A stretch of 63,551 nucleotides of DNA, filler included, from Dugesia japonica (lineage: Eukaryota), in NCBI GenBank assembly GCA_001938525.1. It is 5 parts of 5 records of this genome, joined end to end, with 100 filler letters (N's around TTAATTAATTAA, not from the genome) between each part and the next. Parts side by side here need not be neighbours in the genome. Positions count along the whole stretch, not along the records: positions 28,776 to 45,089 come from MQRL01601232.1; positions 45,190 to 55,131 come from MQRL01587027.1; 3 more parts are not named here. One strand, written 5' to 3'. Of the stretch, positions 40,050-53,689 are shown piece after piece. Positions within the stretch are counted from its first letter, which is position 1. Every line of letters begins with the position of its first letter. The translations under genes and the position numbers were made by a program. The notes under the pieces are model-generated. The model ran no database searches and had not been told where the DNA came from. It was given only the letters and a program-made list of their open reading frames with translations.

Positions 40050-41108
40050 ATTTATCGAAGATTGAAAATTTCTTTGTACACGCAATTATGAGAGAAAGTT
40101 TTTTGTTATCTTCGGTGGAGTTTGCCTCGTTTATCACTATCAGTTATTGAAGCTTTGAGGTCTTTTCCCTTTGTAGCTCTTGAAATTGCTACGTAAAATT
40201 GATCATAGCTGAATATAAGTGTTCTTTAAAAAATTCTAACTTTATCGAAAGTTTGTCCTCCTGACTAATAAAAGATGCGGTAACAGGGTTAAAATAGTTC
40301 AAACTAGAATAAAGTATAGCTCTTTTGGGAGAAGTTATAAAATGCCTCTTTTTTTTGCCAGTATTATTTTCAGCAATGAGAAACTTTTCTCTACAGAAGC
40401 AGAAGTCCATTGACATTTTTGTAATAACGCAAAGATTGATGGTGAAATTTACTTTCGACTGCCATTCACAATTGACAAGATCTCTTTGGCATTCAATCGC
40501 TTTTTTAAATAAGAAGCAAAAGCACATAGATCGATTTCAAATTGTAGGTTTCTAAGTATTCAACAGCTTGTTTAATGTTGCATCCACCATGTAAGTTTTT
40601 TGAGGATCTTCAATAACACCAACCAGGATATTTAAAAATTTAGAACCAGAAATTTTTGATTTATCAACAACCATAAATAAAAGTTTACCAGTGACTTTAT
40701 AAGGGAATTTATTCGACACATTTCATTTTAGAACAATTCAGGAATTTTTTCTCTACATGTTTGTTCAGATGGTAGCGGATGTTCAATTGTGATGAAGAAA
40801 TTGCGAAGCTCTGTATTCCTTAACTTTCATAAAGGAATATCTGCTGACAAGAAGGCTCTTACCACATGCTTTGCAAAGTCATTTGAATGAGGATTAATGA
40901 ACTGTTGAGCTTTTGAGGATGGCTGTTGGGACATACGCTTGTGCTTATCAGCACAATGATGTTTTTCAACAAAGAATTTTTTTCATGTTTCACAATGGTG
41001 TTGCATAACTTGAAAAAGTGCGTTCCTTGGTGTTGTAGTAAACTACAGTAGATGATTTCGTATGATGGTAGCTATCTTTGAACTTTGACACTTAGCGACT
41101 TTAGGCAT
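40050..41108 (-). mobile_element. Decayed hAT transposase, CGGBP1-related type
   Basis: N-terminal zinc finger KLCNTIVKHEK..FVEKHHCADKH, VVRAFLSADIP, LRNTELRNFF, FMVVDKS..FLNILVG. Confidence 0.65.
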
Positions 41109-42454
41109 GAGGTCTGAAATGAAAAGTGAGTAAAAATGGTAGGTCAGTGAAATACGTAAGAATATGTTATCACGAGTATCACACAATTACTCTGCAATAC
41201 AGTACCAATAAACTGTGTTAGGTCACTTGAGGAAGTGAAGAATGCACATGTGATGTGAAATCACGCGTGGTCAACACAACCATAGTCATATATTAATATT
41301 TGTATATATTTATCTTTCAGAGTGTAGACAACCTTATGGATAAAACCACATATCATAATCACTCGATACTTGCTGATATTTGACGTTTACAAATTTATAA
41401 CTCGCGCACTTTTTGTATACAATATATTTGTATGATGTATAAACTGTTAAGCTCAATCATCTATGCCGAAACATATTCATAGGCACTACAAAGGCAGAAA
41501 TCATCATTAAGTTACTTAAATTGACATAAAATGCAGTTATTGACTTTATTGGCCTTAAATGGAAAAATTGACTTTTTGTTGACCTAATAACTTTTTATAG
41601 GATGACGTAAATAGTTAGAAATCACATATTTGAATTTTTCTCAAAAAATTAAATCTGATATTTCAAGTTAACGTTATTGACTTTTTGTGGCTCTAATTAT
41701 TAGGTTAAGAATATTTATTGTGGTACAATGATTTTTAAAGATATTATTTTTATCTGATAATTTTGAAAAAATAATAAAAAATTAAATTTTTAATCGCAAT
41801 TTATATTAAAATAAAATAATAAAATAAAATAATAAAAAGTGATCATTTAACAAAATTCATAAAATTTCATAAAACTTTCCATAACAAATTACTTATTAAC
41901 TTATCATGAAAAATGACTTATTACTTAAATCAAATATACACAATAAAATTATTTAAACAATGTCTATAACAGGGATNNNNNNNNNNNNNNNNNNNATGAA
42001 TAATTGTTATTCGGTTGATTGAGGATTTTGCAGGATTGATTGAATATTATTTCGAATGTTATTTTGCTTACATATTAGGATATAAAACCAATAGTTCAAA
42101 GAGGATCACTAATATAATTGTCAGATAAGATCATGTAGGTATTTGATCTTCTATGGGTTGTTGATTTGGAATCTCGATAATTAATTTGTTTTAAGGGCTT
42201 CTGTTTTGATTGTATATCCACGTATTGTTATGAATGTCCGTATATTTGAATATAGTGCAAATGTTGTTTTATATTATCTGCTGTATACATTTTGTATGTT
42301 TGTTTTTTTTATTTTTCAATTGTTGCCTTCCCTAACAAAATTATTAAAAGTTATAAATATAAAAGCTATAAAATTATTGAAAGTTAAACATAAAAGATTA
42401 ATTTCAAATCGATAAAATTAATTTTCAAGTAAAATTATTAAATTTATTAAAAAT

Positions 42455-42665
42455 TTTATAATTACAATTATTGTGAGAATAATTGTTGGACTTAACCATT
42501 GATCGGATTTGAGATTTCANNNNNNNNNNNNNNNNNNNNNNNNNNNNNNNNNNNNNNNNNNNNNNNNNNNNNNNNNNNNNNNNNNNNNNNNNNNNNNNNN
42601 NNNNNNNNNNTTTTACAAATAAATTTTGTTTTGTTTTGATCGAAGCCTTATCTTATTTTAATGAA
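42455..42665. repeat. Inverted Penelope pseudo-LTR pair spanning an N gap
   Basis: Minus-strand tail gagaataattgttggacttaacc before the gap and plus-strand ttttgatcgaagc...ttttaatgaa after it. Confidence 0.65.
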
Positions 42666-43179
42666 ATTATTAAAAATTATTAAAAAAATAGTTTTATAAA
42701 AACTAAAGTATAGTCTCAAAATTTTTAGCTTATTTAATTAGTTTGAAAATAGCAAATGTAAATTGTTATTCTTTTTTTAAATAAATATTTCATGGATTCA
42801 AAAACTCTTAAATTCAACAGTGATCGTATTAGACTCACCTAATAATTTGTTTTTTATGTAGTTATTATTTTCAATTTTACCTTTATCATATACATTGATT
42901 TCAATCAATTAATTTTTAAAAGATTATTTTTTAATTGTAATTCTTATATAATTTTATTTCTAAATAATTCATGTTCGAAATAAATTTTATACAAATAATT
43001 AAGGTTTTCTTATACTGGTTTCTTTTTAAAATTCTTTTAATCCAATATCTAAATGAATTAATTTCCTTGTTTCTGATATTATTGACTCCATTTTATATTA
43101 TAACTATTTCGTGAGCAAAATGACTGATGAAGCAAATTTTTATATTAACTGAGAGATTAATTTACAAAACCTACGTTAT

Positions 43180-43712
43180 TATAGTAATTCTAGCCATCAC
43201 TGGATATATCAAATGAGGGAATGGCGCCCCTAAAGTGGTGGTGTGGTTATCTGTCCATTTTTTGATGGTGGAAATTTTAAATGCGATAAGTACCTCAAAA
43301 TGTTGTAAGAAGAGATTTTTTCATCCATACTAAATGAGGATTGTAACTTCTCAGCTTACTTTCATCATAATGGTGCTCCACCTCATTATGGTGCGCATGT
43401 ATGTCAATGGTTACTTGGGTAGGTCTCTCAGATCTCCAACCCGTTAGATTTTTATCTTTGAAGCCCTTTGAAGGCTATGGTGTATCAGGAAAAGATTTGA
43501 AACATAAATCATTTTAAAGAACGGATCACCAACGCGATTACAAGCATAACTTCAACTGTGCTTACACGAGTTCTTCAGAAGTAGATATTGTACATTAAAG
43601 AGTGTTTCCGGAACAATGGTGATCATGTAGGGCATGTTATATAAATAAGAATGGTTGTCCTTTCTTTTTTATATTTATATTTTATGTGTATGAACATTTA
43701 TAAGACACCTTG
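43180..43712 (+). mobile_element. Tc1/mariner transposase 3' remnant
   Basis: YFHHNGAPPHY, RSxDLQPxDFYL, LKAMVY; terminal-repeat-like end taagacaccttgta. Confidence 0.75.
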
Positions 43713-44225
43713 TAGACAAACTACAGACAGCAAGAATTGTTTTTTCTCCCTGGAGATCCACATGACCTTCGAAGTAACTATGGTTTAACTGGAGAAAATT
43801 TTTATTAAGATTTATTGTAATTTCATTAAAACTTTAGGTTTTTATTTATATTTTCCATGTTTTATTTGATTATTTAGATATTTTATTGAATAATTTTTTA
43901 AATAATTTATATTGGAGTATAAAATAATACCATTTGTGCAAAATATTTTTGGATTTGTTGAATTATTTTAGGTTTCAATTTAGATTTTTACAATTCATAT
44001 GCAAAAAAATATGTTTTTTATCAAAAATAATTTGGTCTTAGCTTACTACTCGGTTTAAAAATTACTGATGTTTTTTATATTAATTAAATCAATTGGGTTT
44101 AGAGAAATAAATTAATCAAATAATCTTAAAAATATTTTTTAAACGTTGATTAATTTACAATTTTTAGAAACAATTTTTTCTGATGATCATTATCCGATTA
44201 ATTATTTTAAAGTAATATTTTCTAG

Positions 44226-44364
44226 GGAGTTAATTTCGCAAATTTTACTATTCATATGTCTGTTGGATCACTGTTTGTTTTATTATTAGCTTTGCTTTTT
44301 TTGAGATTTTTGTATCGAGATTTATCTAATACTGTCGGTGATGAAGAATCTTACAGAATAGTTG
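44226..44364 (+). CDS. OCA2: P protein (OCA2) exon
   Basis: GVNFANFTIHMSVGSLFVLLLALLFLRFLYR matches OCA2 GLDFAGFTAHM. Confidence 0.93.
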
Positions 44365-44406
44365 GTTAGAAAATTAAATTTTTATTTGATGATATTATAT
44401 TTTTAG

Positions 44407-44597
44407 AATTGAAACGAGAAATTGAAGTCTGGAGAAGAAGTGCTTATAGTATAACTATAGCATCTAAAGAAGAAGCAACCGTTAGAGCATTATTATTAGA
44501 AAAAGCTGTTCAACTTGAACACGATTTGGGTGTACACACACATACTCGAAGACCATCAGCACATTTTCGNGAAACTCTTAAAGAAATGGAAAATAAG
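44407..44597 (+). CDS. OCA2: P protein (OCA2) exon; gene continues outside this contig
   Basis: ELKREIEVWRRSAYSITIASKEEATVRALLLEK matches OCA2 ELKHEIHVWR..ASREETAVR; preceded by a 42-nt intron. Confidence 0.95.
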
Positions 44598-45020
44598 GTG
44601 ACTAATTTCCATTTTTTATATATTCTATTTAATTAATTCTCTAAATACGAAAGTTTAACTTTGAAACTAAAAGAAATGTTGATTTCCAAATGATTCAATA
44701 CTGTTATAAGGGAAAATTTTGAAAATGTATAGTTTTTTTGAGGAATTTTAATTAATGTTGAATGTCATATTTGAGTTATTTCTATGTTCATTTTTAAAAG
44801 TATTTTGAAAAACGTGTATTTTCTGCTTAAAAGGAATACTTTTATAAATTGTAAGGGAAGTCAAATTTTTCATGAGTATAAGTTAGTATTGTTAATTTGT
44901 ATTTTGGTAATTAGTTTTTAATTAGTATATCAATTGTAAACAAAAATTATCACCGCCTAAAGAGACTGAAAAATTTGAAACTGATTGTGTTAGTGGGAGA
45001 AAGATTGGCTCCGTATGCAC

Positions 45021-45021
<1 letters not shown>

Positions 45022-45089
<68 letters not shown>
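45022..45089. repeat. (TTA)n microsatellite at contig end
   Basis: About 22 perfect units. Confidence 0.95.
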
Positions 45090-45189
45090 NNNNNNNNNNN
45101 NNNNNNNNNNNNNNNNNNNNNNNNNNNNNNNNNTTAATTAATTAANNNNNNNNNNNNNNNNNNNNNNNNNNNNNNNNNNNNNNNNNNNN
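45090..45189. other. Artificial contig linker
   Basis: 44 N + TTAATTAATTAA + 44 N. Confidence 0.95.
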
Positions 45190-45365
45190 CATCATTTTCT
45201 GGAAAATCATCTACTATTAAATAATTATTTCGATTAATATTAGTTATTATTATTACCTTGAACTAAAAATATTACCTTGAAGTAAAATTTAAATTATTTT
45301 ATTTAAAATAAATCAAAAATCATATTTAAGATATAATAGAACGGGTTCAATTTCCAAAGGAAAAC

Positions 45366-46203
45366 ATGGTGGTTACCGAAAAAAACATTATTAATGAAGA
45401 AATGGGGGACCAATTATTAGACGAAATCGATAAAAAAAAAACCACATGACCTCAGAAGAAATGAAACTGTTTTTCCAAGAAAAAGGTCTGGATTCTTCAA
45501 CAACAACAATATCGACCTTTTTGAAGAACAGATTTTATACGATCAAGAAGTTGCGATATTCTGTTGTTGAAAAAAATTCTGATTGAGTAAAAAATCTAAG
45601 AAAAGAATATGTGGAAAAATATTTCGAAGACAAAATACGGTCAAGTCAATGCATTTATATAGACAATACCTATTGCAATTTGTGGACCCAACGATTTAGA
45701 GGAAGGAGTTTCAGTGGTGACAATACTTATATTCAGGTACCAACTCAGCGTGGCAGAGTATTTCTATTATAATTTCCATTATAATGGCGATTGGAAAAAA
45801 AGGTCCAATTCATCATTTGGTTCATCAAAGGTTGGTCAACTAAGTACTCTACATGAAATTTGTCAATGACCTTTCATTAAAATTAGATGCAAGTTAATAT
45901 TACTTTATTCACGATAATGCATCTATCCACAACAATGTGCGGACAACAACAGAAAATATTTAAGGTCCTGCATCTACCACCATATAGCTCTTTCCAATAG
46001 AAACTTATTTTTCTGAATTCAAATGAAAACTAAGAATACTTTTGTCCAACTATTTGGATTTGGACTCATGTTCCAAATTCCAACAGATTAAGTCAGGAAT
46101 TTCCCAAGTTGTGGAAGAGAATAAAAATAAGTCTCTGAAACTTTATTATAATAACATAAAATATTTTTACCCGAAATGTTTGTTGCTGAAGGATATTTTG
46201 TAA
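45366..46203 (+). mobile_element. Decayed IS630/Tc1-type DDE transposase
   Basis: CIYIDNTYCNLW, FIHDNASIH, LHLPPYS..PIETYFSEFK. Confidence 0.75.
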
Positions 46204-47687
46204 AAAATATATAATTTCTTCGATTTATTCTTCTCTATAAATTTTTATTTAAAAATTGATATAAAATTTATATAAAAATTGTCATGTAAAAATTTTAACT
46301 TAATAATTATTAGAAACCATTAAAAATTAATTTACACAAAAAAAATTAAAAAATGCAGAAATTTTTAATAATAATTTTTAATAAAAACTTACAATATTAA
46401 ACAGTGTAGCTCTTAAACTTATGATTGTGTACAGATGTGTACTATTTGAAATCTTTCAGAAAGATTTAAAATCATGTTTATTCTGTTGTATAATGAGATA
46501 TTATAAATTCAGTGAAACTTAATTTTGATTTTTATCTATCTACTTATGTTCTATATGTGTAAATATATTTTCAGTTTTTTACATTATTTTTTATTATATT
46601 ACTCTTCGTCAACATTTTTATATCCCAGAAGAACATTTTTATATTTTAAAACAAGTATGTACTAAACATTGTTAATTGCTAATTAAAAATTTTTGATAAA
46701 CAAATTTATATTGTATTAAAAAAATATGCAAAAATAACTAAAATTGTTTTAGATAATAATGAGTGAATTCACCAAATACTAGTTTGAGATAGTTGGAAAC
46801 TACGTAAGGTTGAGAGCATAAGAAACACACGAGTCCTATTAAAAACATTTATCGTCTTAATGATTCCTGACTAAAAACAATATTTTTGTTCGTCCTGGTT
46901 TTAATGGTACTATGCAATTATTTGTAATTTTTTTTTAAATCTACAAATTTCATATTTGAATGTATTATTTCACAATGTACAGTTAAATAATCATTTTTTT
47001 TAACATTATCTATACATCTATGCATTTCTCTTTTTTGATATTGTAAAATAATTTGTCCACTTTTGAATTTTTTATGTAAGTAGCTTTTAATACCTAGTCA
47101 TAAATATGATTATACGTAAAATACATCATTGTTCATAAAAAAATAATGTTGTAATTGGTTCTTAAAGGACCATATAGTCAACTGTTCTATTTTATTTATA
47201 CAATTAAAATGGTTTCTAGAATAATTATTCAATTTAAACAATCTCAATTTTTTTTATTTTACTTTAGAAAAATATTTTCTTTTTATGCAGTATCATAATT
47301 GAAGTTTTCTCTTTGCAATCGAGTTTATTTTAAGGTAATATAACACATAATCAAAATCTATTTTTAATTCCTTCCTTGGTCTGGTTTCGTGAATCCACTG
47401 ATTCGCTCGCGTACATAAATGCGTGTTGTTTGTATGTCCGTTGATATCCTAAATTCATTTTTGGCTTTTATTCATATGAGAGCTTAAGTTTATTTTGTCA
47501 AATCATCTCATTAACACTACTTAGTTAATTTTTCCTAATAAGTTCTAAAAATTGTCAGGGTATGTTTACTTTTTTAGAGTTTTTTTTTTAATTTGCTGAA
47601 CTTAATTTACAATTGATTCCATTTTGGGGGAAATAATTTAATTTTCTGTAAAATATTTTGTAATTCATATAGCCAATTAGTTAATTG

Positions 47688-47888
47688 AATTAAAGAACAT
47701 CTTAAACAGAAAGAAAGTGAAGTCTTCAAACACTTTCAAAACAAACATAATTTTTTTACCAGAAAATCATCATATTACATGGAAAACATTAGGAACAGGC
47801 TACATCTCTACACTTCACAGAAAAAAACAATGAACAAATATTAATTAAAGAGGATAAACCCCAGATCAATATAATGTTCAATAATTAA
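47688..47888 (+). mobile_element. Penelope GIY-YIG endonuclease C-terminal remnant
   Basis: IKEHLKQKESEVFKHFQNKH..HITWKTLG..HRK..EQILIKEDKPQIN, with frameshifts. Confidence 0.7.
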
Positions 47889-48618
47889 ATAAATTTTGAA
47901 AAAATAAAAGGTTATATAAATATCAATAAATAATATGTTTAAAAAAAATAATATGAATTAAATAAAAAAAAATTTTTAATATTAATTTGAAAAAACTTTT
48001 AAAAAAAAATTAATTTTGTAAGTCTTTATTTAAGTCTTAATTTTAGGTCTTGATTTTTTTACGTCTTAAAAAATTAATTTTAATATAAAAATAATTCTTT
48101 TTTTAATTGATTTTAAAAAAAAATTTGTTAAAAATATTGCCGTTCGAGTATAACATAAATAAAATACTAATTATATATACAGTAAATAATTTTTAAAAAA
48201 ACAAAATTTAAAAAATTTTAAGTATAATACAATATAATAATTGTAAAAAAAAATTCCTAAAGTTTTAAAAAGTTAATTTAAAAATTAAAATTCATAATTA
48301 AATAAACCAATAAAATATCGATAAAATCTAAANNNNNNNNNNNNNNNNNNNNNNNNNNNNNNNNNNNNNNNNNNNNNNNNNNNNNNNNNNNNNNNNNNNN
48401 NNNNNNNNNNNNNNNNNNNNNNNNNNNNNNNNNNNNNNNNNNNNNNNNNNNNNNNNNNNNNNNNNNNNNNNNNNNNNNNNNNNNNNNNNNNNNNNNNNNN
48501 NNNNNNCAATTATTCTCACAATAATAGTAATTATAAAATTTAATACTCAATTTAATAATTGGCTTTTTCATAGTAAATTCAGATTTCTTAGAAAATCGAT
48601 TTGATATTTGTTATGCTA

Positions 48619-49810
48619 TTAGGTTGATGCATAAATCCGCTGAATATTTTTTAGAGTAACAGTGCTTAAAAATTAAATGCTGCTAGGCATATGTTAAAGT
48701 TATATTAATGACATACATTTGATAAAACGAATTATATTTTAAATTTCGATTTTAGTGATAATTTCAATACGATTATTTTCAAATAAAATAGAGCGTCAAA
48801 CATACTTTCATTTCCGGCATATATTATTATTTGAATTCAACAGAAGATTTAAGTCATCTGAAAATGCTAAGGGCATTTTTGCTGTTTATAGACAGAATGC
48901 AATTATAGCAAAGTAAAGCACAAAAATGGTTTCCCGTTTCAGAGGACCATTTTGACAAACTATTTTAAAAGTACTGGATGACAATCAAACAATCATGAGG
49001 ATTATATGGTTGTCTTAATTCATGAAAATCCATACAAAACAATTCTGGAATTAGCCATTATGACGGACGACTATAGTACGACATTTAAAATTCATGGGCA
49101 AAGTTCAAAAAATGAGCGTATATGTGCCGAATGCTTTGACTAAAATTAGCGTGTCAACATTTGTGACTTAATGCTAGCTCGTCATTGCTTAACTAGTCAG
49201 AAACTTCGACCTATTTTGTCTCACATTATTAATGGTGATGAAAAATGGTGCCTTTACGAAAACACTAAGAAAGTAATATTTTAGACCTAGCGAATGAAAC
49301 TTTGTATTCGTCCGCGTAAATTTGTGTTGTGCATTTTGTGAGACAAAAAGGTGTTATTTACTATGATTTGCTTCCAAGAAATATAACATTCACTTCCTGT
49401 ATTTATTGTCAACGACTCCGTCGTCTTGAAGCCGCAATTAAAGAAAAAAAGATTGGAAAGATATCATTAAGTCATTTTTAGCACGAAAACGCTCGTGCTC
49501 ATACTGCTAACATCACAAAGGTGGTCATTCTACATCTGCCATACTTTCCAGATTTGCATTTATTTCGATCTCTTGCTATTGATATTCAATGAATCGCCTT
49601 TGATGACGTCGTCGCGCTTCAAAATTGGTTCGATAATTTCTTTATTTTCAAACTAAAGGATTTCTTCAGCCTCGGAATCGAAAAATCGCCAAATCCTAGG
49701 AAAAGAATTTTAAATAAGGAATGGAATAGTTTCTTGATTAGTACTTGTACTTTTGAAAATCAATAAAATTTCATCGAAAGAAAACGCTACGGACTTATGC
49801 ATCAACCTAA
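48619..49810 (+). mobile_element. Near full-length decayed mariner element
   Basis: TA target duplication; terminal repeats ttaggttgatgcataaatccg / cggacttatgcatcaacctaa; IINGDEKW, HENARAHTA, HLPYFPDL. Confidence 0.93.
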
Positions 49811-50332
49811 TAGTTCTTCATTAATTTTTATAATAATTAATCCATTTTTGATTTGCATATATTGTTAATGTGATTTGGTGTTTTTACTATTTTTGGGTAT
49901 TCTATTACACTATAATAATTGATTGGGTTCTGTCCCAACAAACCTATTAAGAACAATAATTATTTTTAATGATTCAAAGCTACCTGGATCATTAGAATAC
50001 TAATCTAATGCAATTGTAAAATAAAGTAAGCATCACAAGTGTAGATAAAACTCCATTAAACAGATAATGGAAATTCTCTTCAAAATTGAATTTAATCTAC
50101 CATTCTAAGGAGATAATTGTCTTTAATAGGTTAATTAAAAACATTCTTACAGGATATTTATTTAAACATCGAAATTTATTTAATTATTTTTTTCAAATGA
50201 TTTTCTTAAAACAGTAACGAAATTATGTACGAAAATGTTGTTTTATTTTCAAAAATTGTTTAATCTGTATTTTAATCAGAATTTTTTAAAATTTGTCTCT
50301 TTTAATAAAAGGTTTTCATTGGTATTTTCCAG

Positions 50333-50473
50333 GTTGAATGGCAGAAAGTNGCTTTGGGAATTCAAGAAATTTCTGCTCAGAATCCATTGGTAAAACAGGC
50401 TCGAAACTTTCTAACAGATTTAAATCTATCTGATTCAAGTTTCGACTCCATGTCAGAATCAGAAATGCTGTGA
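50333..50473 (+). CDS. Probable terminal coding exon of an unidentified gene
   Basis: Acceptor ttttccag|, 46 open codons VEWQKVALGIQEISAQNPLVKQARNFL...EML then TGA, GC content above the flanks. Confidence 0.6.
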   Translation, partial: VEWQKXALGIQEISAQNPLVKQARNFLTDLNLSDSSFDSMSESEML

Positions 50474-50699
50474 TAATTAACTTTTGAATAATGTGACACG
50501 AAAATTAATTCATTATTCGCAGTTAATTAAGTGTTGCTTGGATTGTCTATTAGATATTATGTTATGCTAATCAACTAGTAAATTCTGATTTCATTATTCT
50601 ATCGAATGTGATTTATCAGATAAAACACTAATCTAATCAACGTAATTACTTTATAAATAATATTGCTGAAGTTATTTATATAAAACCAAATTTCAAACA

Positions 50700-51081
50700 G
50701 AAGTAATTAGTAATTAAAGTAAAATCTTCAAACACTTTCAACACAAGCATAAAATTTCACCAGAACAACATCACAATGCATGGAAAACACTAGGANNNNN
50801 NNNNNNNNNNNNNNNNNNNNNNNNNNNNNNNNNNNNNNNNNNNNNTAAAGAAGACAATTTTAAAATAAATGTAATTTATAATAATTAAGTATTTAAATTA
50901 AAATTAACCAATTAAAATTTAGTAAAAATAAATTAATTCACAGAAAATTACTATTATAAGAATAAATATTGAATGAATTAAACAGTCAATTCCTGACGAA
51001 GACAAAGTCGAAATATCGAATTGTTATCAAATGGTCAATGGTTATGTCCAACAATTATTCTCGCAATAATTGCAATTGTAA
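50700..51081 (+). mobile_element. 3' end of a Penelope-like element: GIY-YIG remnant followed by hammerhead-bearing pseudo-LTR
   Basis: 50700-50794 is a paralogue of 47710-47795 and the hammerhead follows within ~200 nt on the same strand. Confidence 0.8.
50987..51023 (+). ncRNA. Minimal type I hammerhead ribozyme, best-preserved copy
   Basis: CAATTC-CTGACGA-A-GAC aaa GTC-GAAA-ta-TC^GAATTG: 6-bp stem I, 3-bp stem II, palindromic AUAU stem III, AUC cleavage triplet at 51015-51017. Confidence 0.82.
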
Positions 51082-51099
51082 AGGAAGTAATTAGTATCA

Positions 51100-52350
51100 T
51101 AATTCTTACAGCTATTTCTTTTATATCTGCCTGGGGACTCACTGCAAACCTGGTAGAATTCCACAAAGAATGACGTCTGACTTTCAAATACAGATGATGA
51201 CTCGTTGTTTGAGTGTATTCTTGAATTTCTTTCATTCGGGTCTTTCCTCGCATGTGATATTCGTTTTGTGTCGATTTTCTTGGTGAGTGTCTGGTTACCA
51301 TGTCTTTTTCAAATGTCACTTTAACACCGTATTGTCTTTACTCATTGATATTTTCAATGATGACTGATATCTCTGCAATATTGATTAACCACCTCATTCC
51401 CCATATTATTGTTGACACTGACTTCAACATTGTGTTTATACTTTTGATCAATAATAATCAGGGCATGTTTTATTGTCTTTATAATAATATTAGGAATCAA
51501 GAAATGAGTTAACTCGGAAAGTTATATTCTAGATTAGCATTATAGATTACTTAGTACATTATTATTTAAATCCAATCATCACATAATAACCGTGTAATTG
51601 ACGAAAATGTTGCTCAATACGATTAATATATAACTAATGCGGATCATCACCTCTACCAATTGTGGATATGATTTCATTTAATCCTTTAGTATCATATCTA
51701 CACGAGAAGGATTATTTTATATTACTTATTGGGTTCTGTTTTAACAGTTAAGAACTTTGTTGAAAAATTTTTAACAGTAGCTCTTAAAACAGAACCCAAT
51801 AAGTAATCATATCGTTGATTAATTTTGTGAAATATACCGCGACTTATAGTTATCAGGAAGTAATCATTAACATCTTCAAAATTCTAGCTACTCTAATTAG
51901 CTGATTTTTCTTATATTTTCATATCAATTTCTTATTATTGGCAAACTTCTCATTAGCCTAATTATTGATATTCAAAAACTCCAATTGGCTACTTTTTAGA
52001 GCCCTTTAACTCTTTATAACTTGAATATTGGAATCCACTAATTGTTTCAACTATAATTTTCTTGTTTGCAGCATTGTTCCAGTTGTCTATTTATGTCCAT
52101 TCTCTTTATGTAATAAATTTACCAGCTATTCTTACTCACTTTATTTTCATTTATTAGTGGTTCCTTAATCATCTAGTAATATTTGTCTCGAATTACCATT
52201 ATGATACTTCCCATTCTGATTTATTACTTTGCATATGCAGCCCATTGGTTTTAGTTTACTGTTCAGATTACGTCTGCTACATATCTTATATTCTTTGATC
52301 TTCCTTTGAATTCTTAGTGTACTCGTCGATTTTCTCTTGATTCTGAAAGT
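51100..52350 (-). mobile_element. Heavily decayed non-LTR retrotransposon-like remnant
   Basis: Purine-rich minus strand with broken coding-like stretches; only weak resemblance to LINE C-terminal motifs. Confidence 0.3.
51721..51807. repeat. Hairpin with perfect 24-bp arms (mini-MITE)
   Basis: attacttattgggttctgttttaa / ttaaaacagaacccaataagtaat. Confidence 0.85.
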
Positions 52351-52544
52351 TTGAAGTGTCTCATCTTAACTTTATTATTATTATTTCAAAGTATTGCAGG
52401 AACAAAGACAATGGGGAAGAGGTGTTTTCTGAATTACCATATCGTGAATTTTATCCGCTGTCCATTCTTATAAAGATCTCTCGAAACAATGTTTTTGATT
52501 TTGTGATGTCCGAAATGCATGAATTAATGATAATGTTTTAGTAA

Positions 52545-53030
52545 AATTGTGAAGAATGAGAGTTTATATGGATGATATATTAACATTTTCAGAAATTGTA
52601 GAACAGCACAATAGAATATTAGACCTAGGTTTTAAGAAAATTCAAAAATTAGGATCAAGAAATAATTCGGGAAAATGTCATTTATTGCAAGCAGAAGTAG
52701 AATTTTTAAGGCATGTCATAGATAAAAATGGATTTACAAACAATCCGACAAAAATTGAAGCAATTTAAAATTTTGGAAGACCTACATGTGTGAAGGATTT
52801 GAGAAGGTTTTTAGGAATTTTCAATAAATATAGATTGTTCATAATTAATTACTCGATGGAAGCTAAAAGTCTACAAGGATAATTTGTAAAACTTGTGTGG
52901 TCGGACTGCTGTGATAGAGCTTTTTATGATTCGAGAGGCATTGACAAAAGTACCTATATTGAGTTTACTAGACATAAAAGTGTTTGTTCTAGACACAGAT
53001 GCGAGATTTGATGCAATAGGAATATTATCA
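52545..53030 (+). mobile_element. Ty3/gypsy RT and RNase H fragment
   Basis: VYMDDILTFS, KCHLLQAEVEFL, DLRRFLG, FVLDTDA. Confidence 0.88.
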
Positions 53031-53689
53031 GAATAGGAATATTATTAGAATATGTCCGAAATACATTTAAAGTGGTTTTTTAATGAATAGTGGTAATTTT
53101 GTCTCACGTGTTTTTTAATGGAAAGAAATGATATTCATCAATCAGTATCTACACGAGTGCAGGCACAATTTTTAAAACTAAAATTTTAACTCATTATATT
53201 AATTGCCACAATTTAAACTCAATTTTATAAATTTTATTTAAACCCAAATTGATCGAAACGATTTCATTAGATTCAAATTTTCATTGCAAAATAAACTTTC
53301 AATGATAAAGTTTTTCAGTATTTGAATAAGAAGCTTGATATTTCAACAGCCCGAATTTAATTATTTTATTTGCAATACAGATTCGATATTAAAAACTTAC
53401 AATTCAATTTTATCGATAACTTAAATCGAAACCGAATCATCATCATGCTTAAATTGTCTGATAGTTATATCATTGCGCAAAATTAAAATTAATTGCAAAA
53501 TGAGTTTTAACTTGATTTATTGAGAAATAATTTAGTTTTCGTGATTTTAAACTCAAGTATCTAAATACTCGAATATTTTATGATCCGGCTAATCGTAAAA
53601 TTTTATTATTTAATACCCAGGTATTAATCAATTTGGAAAATATGATGCATTCAAATATGTATTCAAATAATTTATTTTTTATTAATAAA

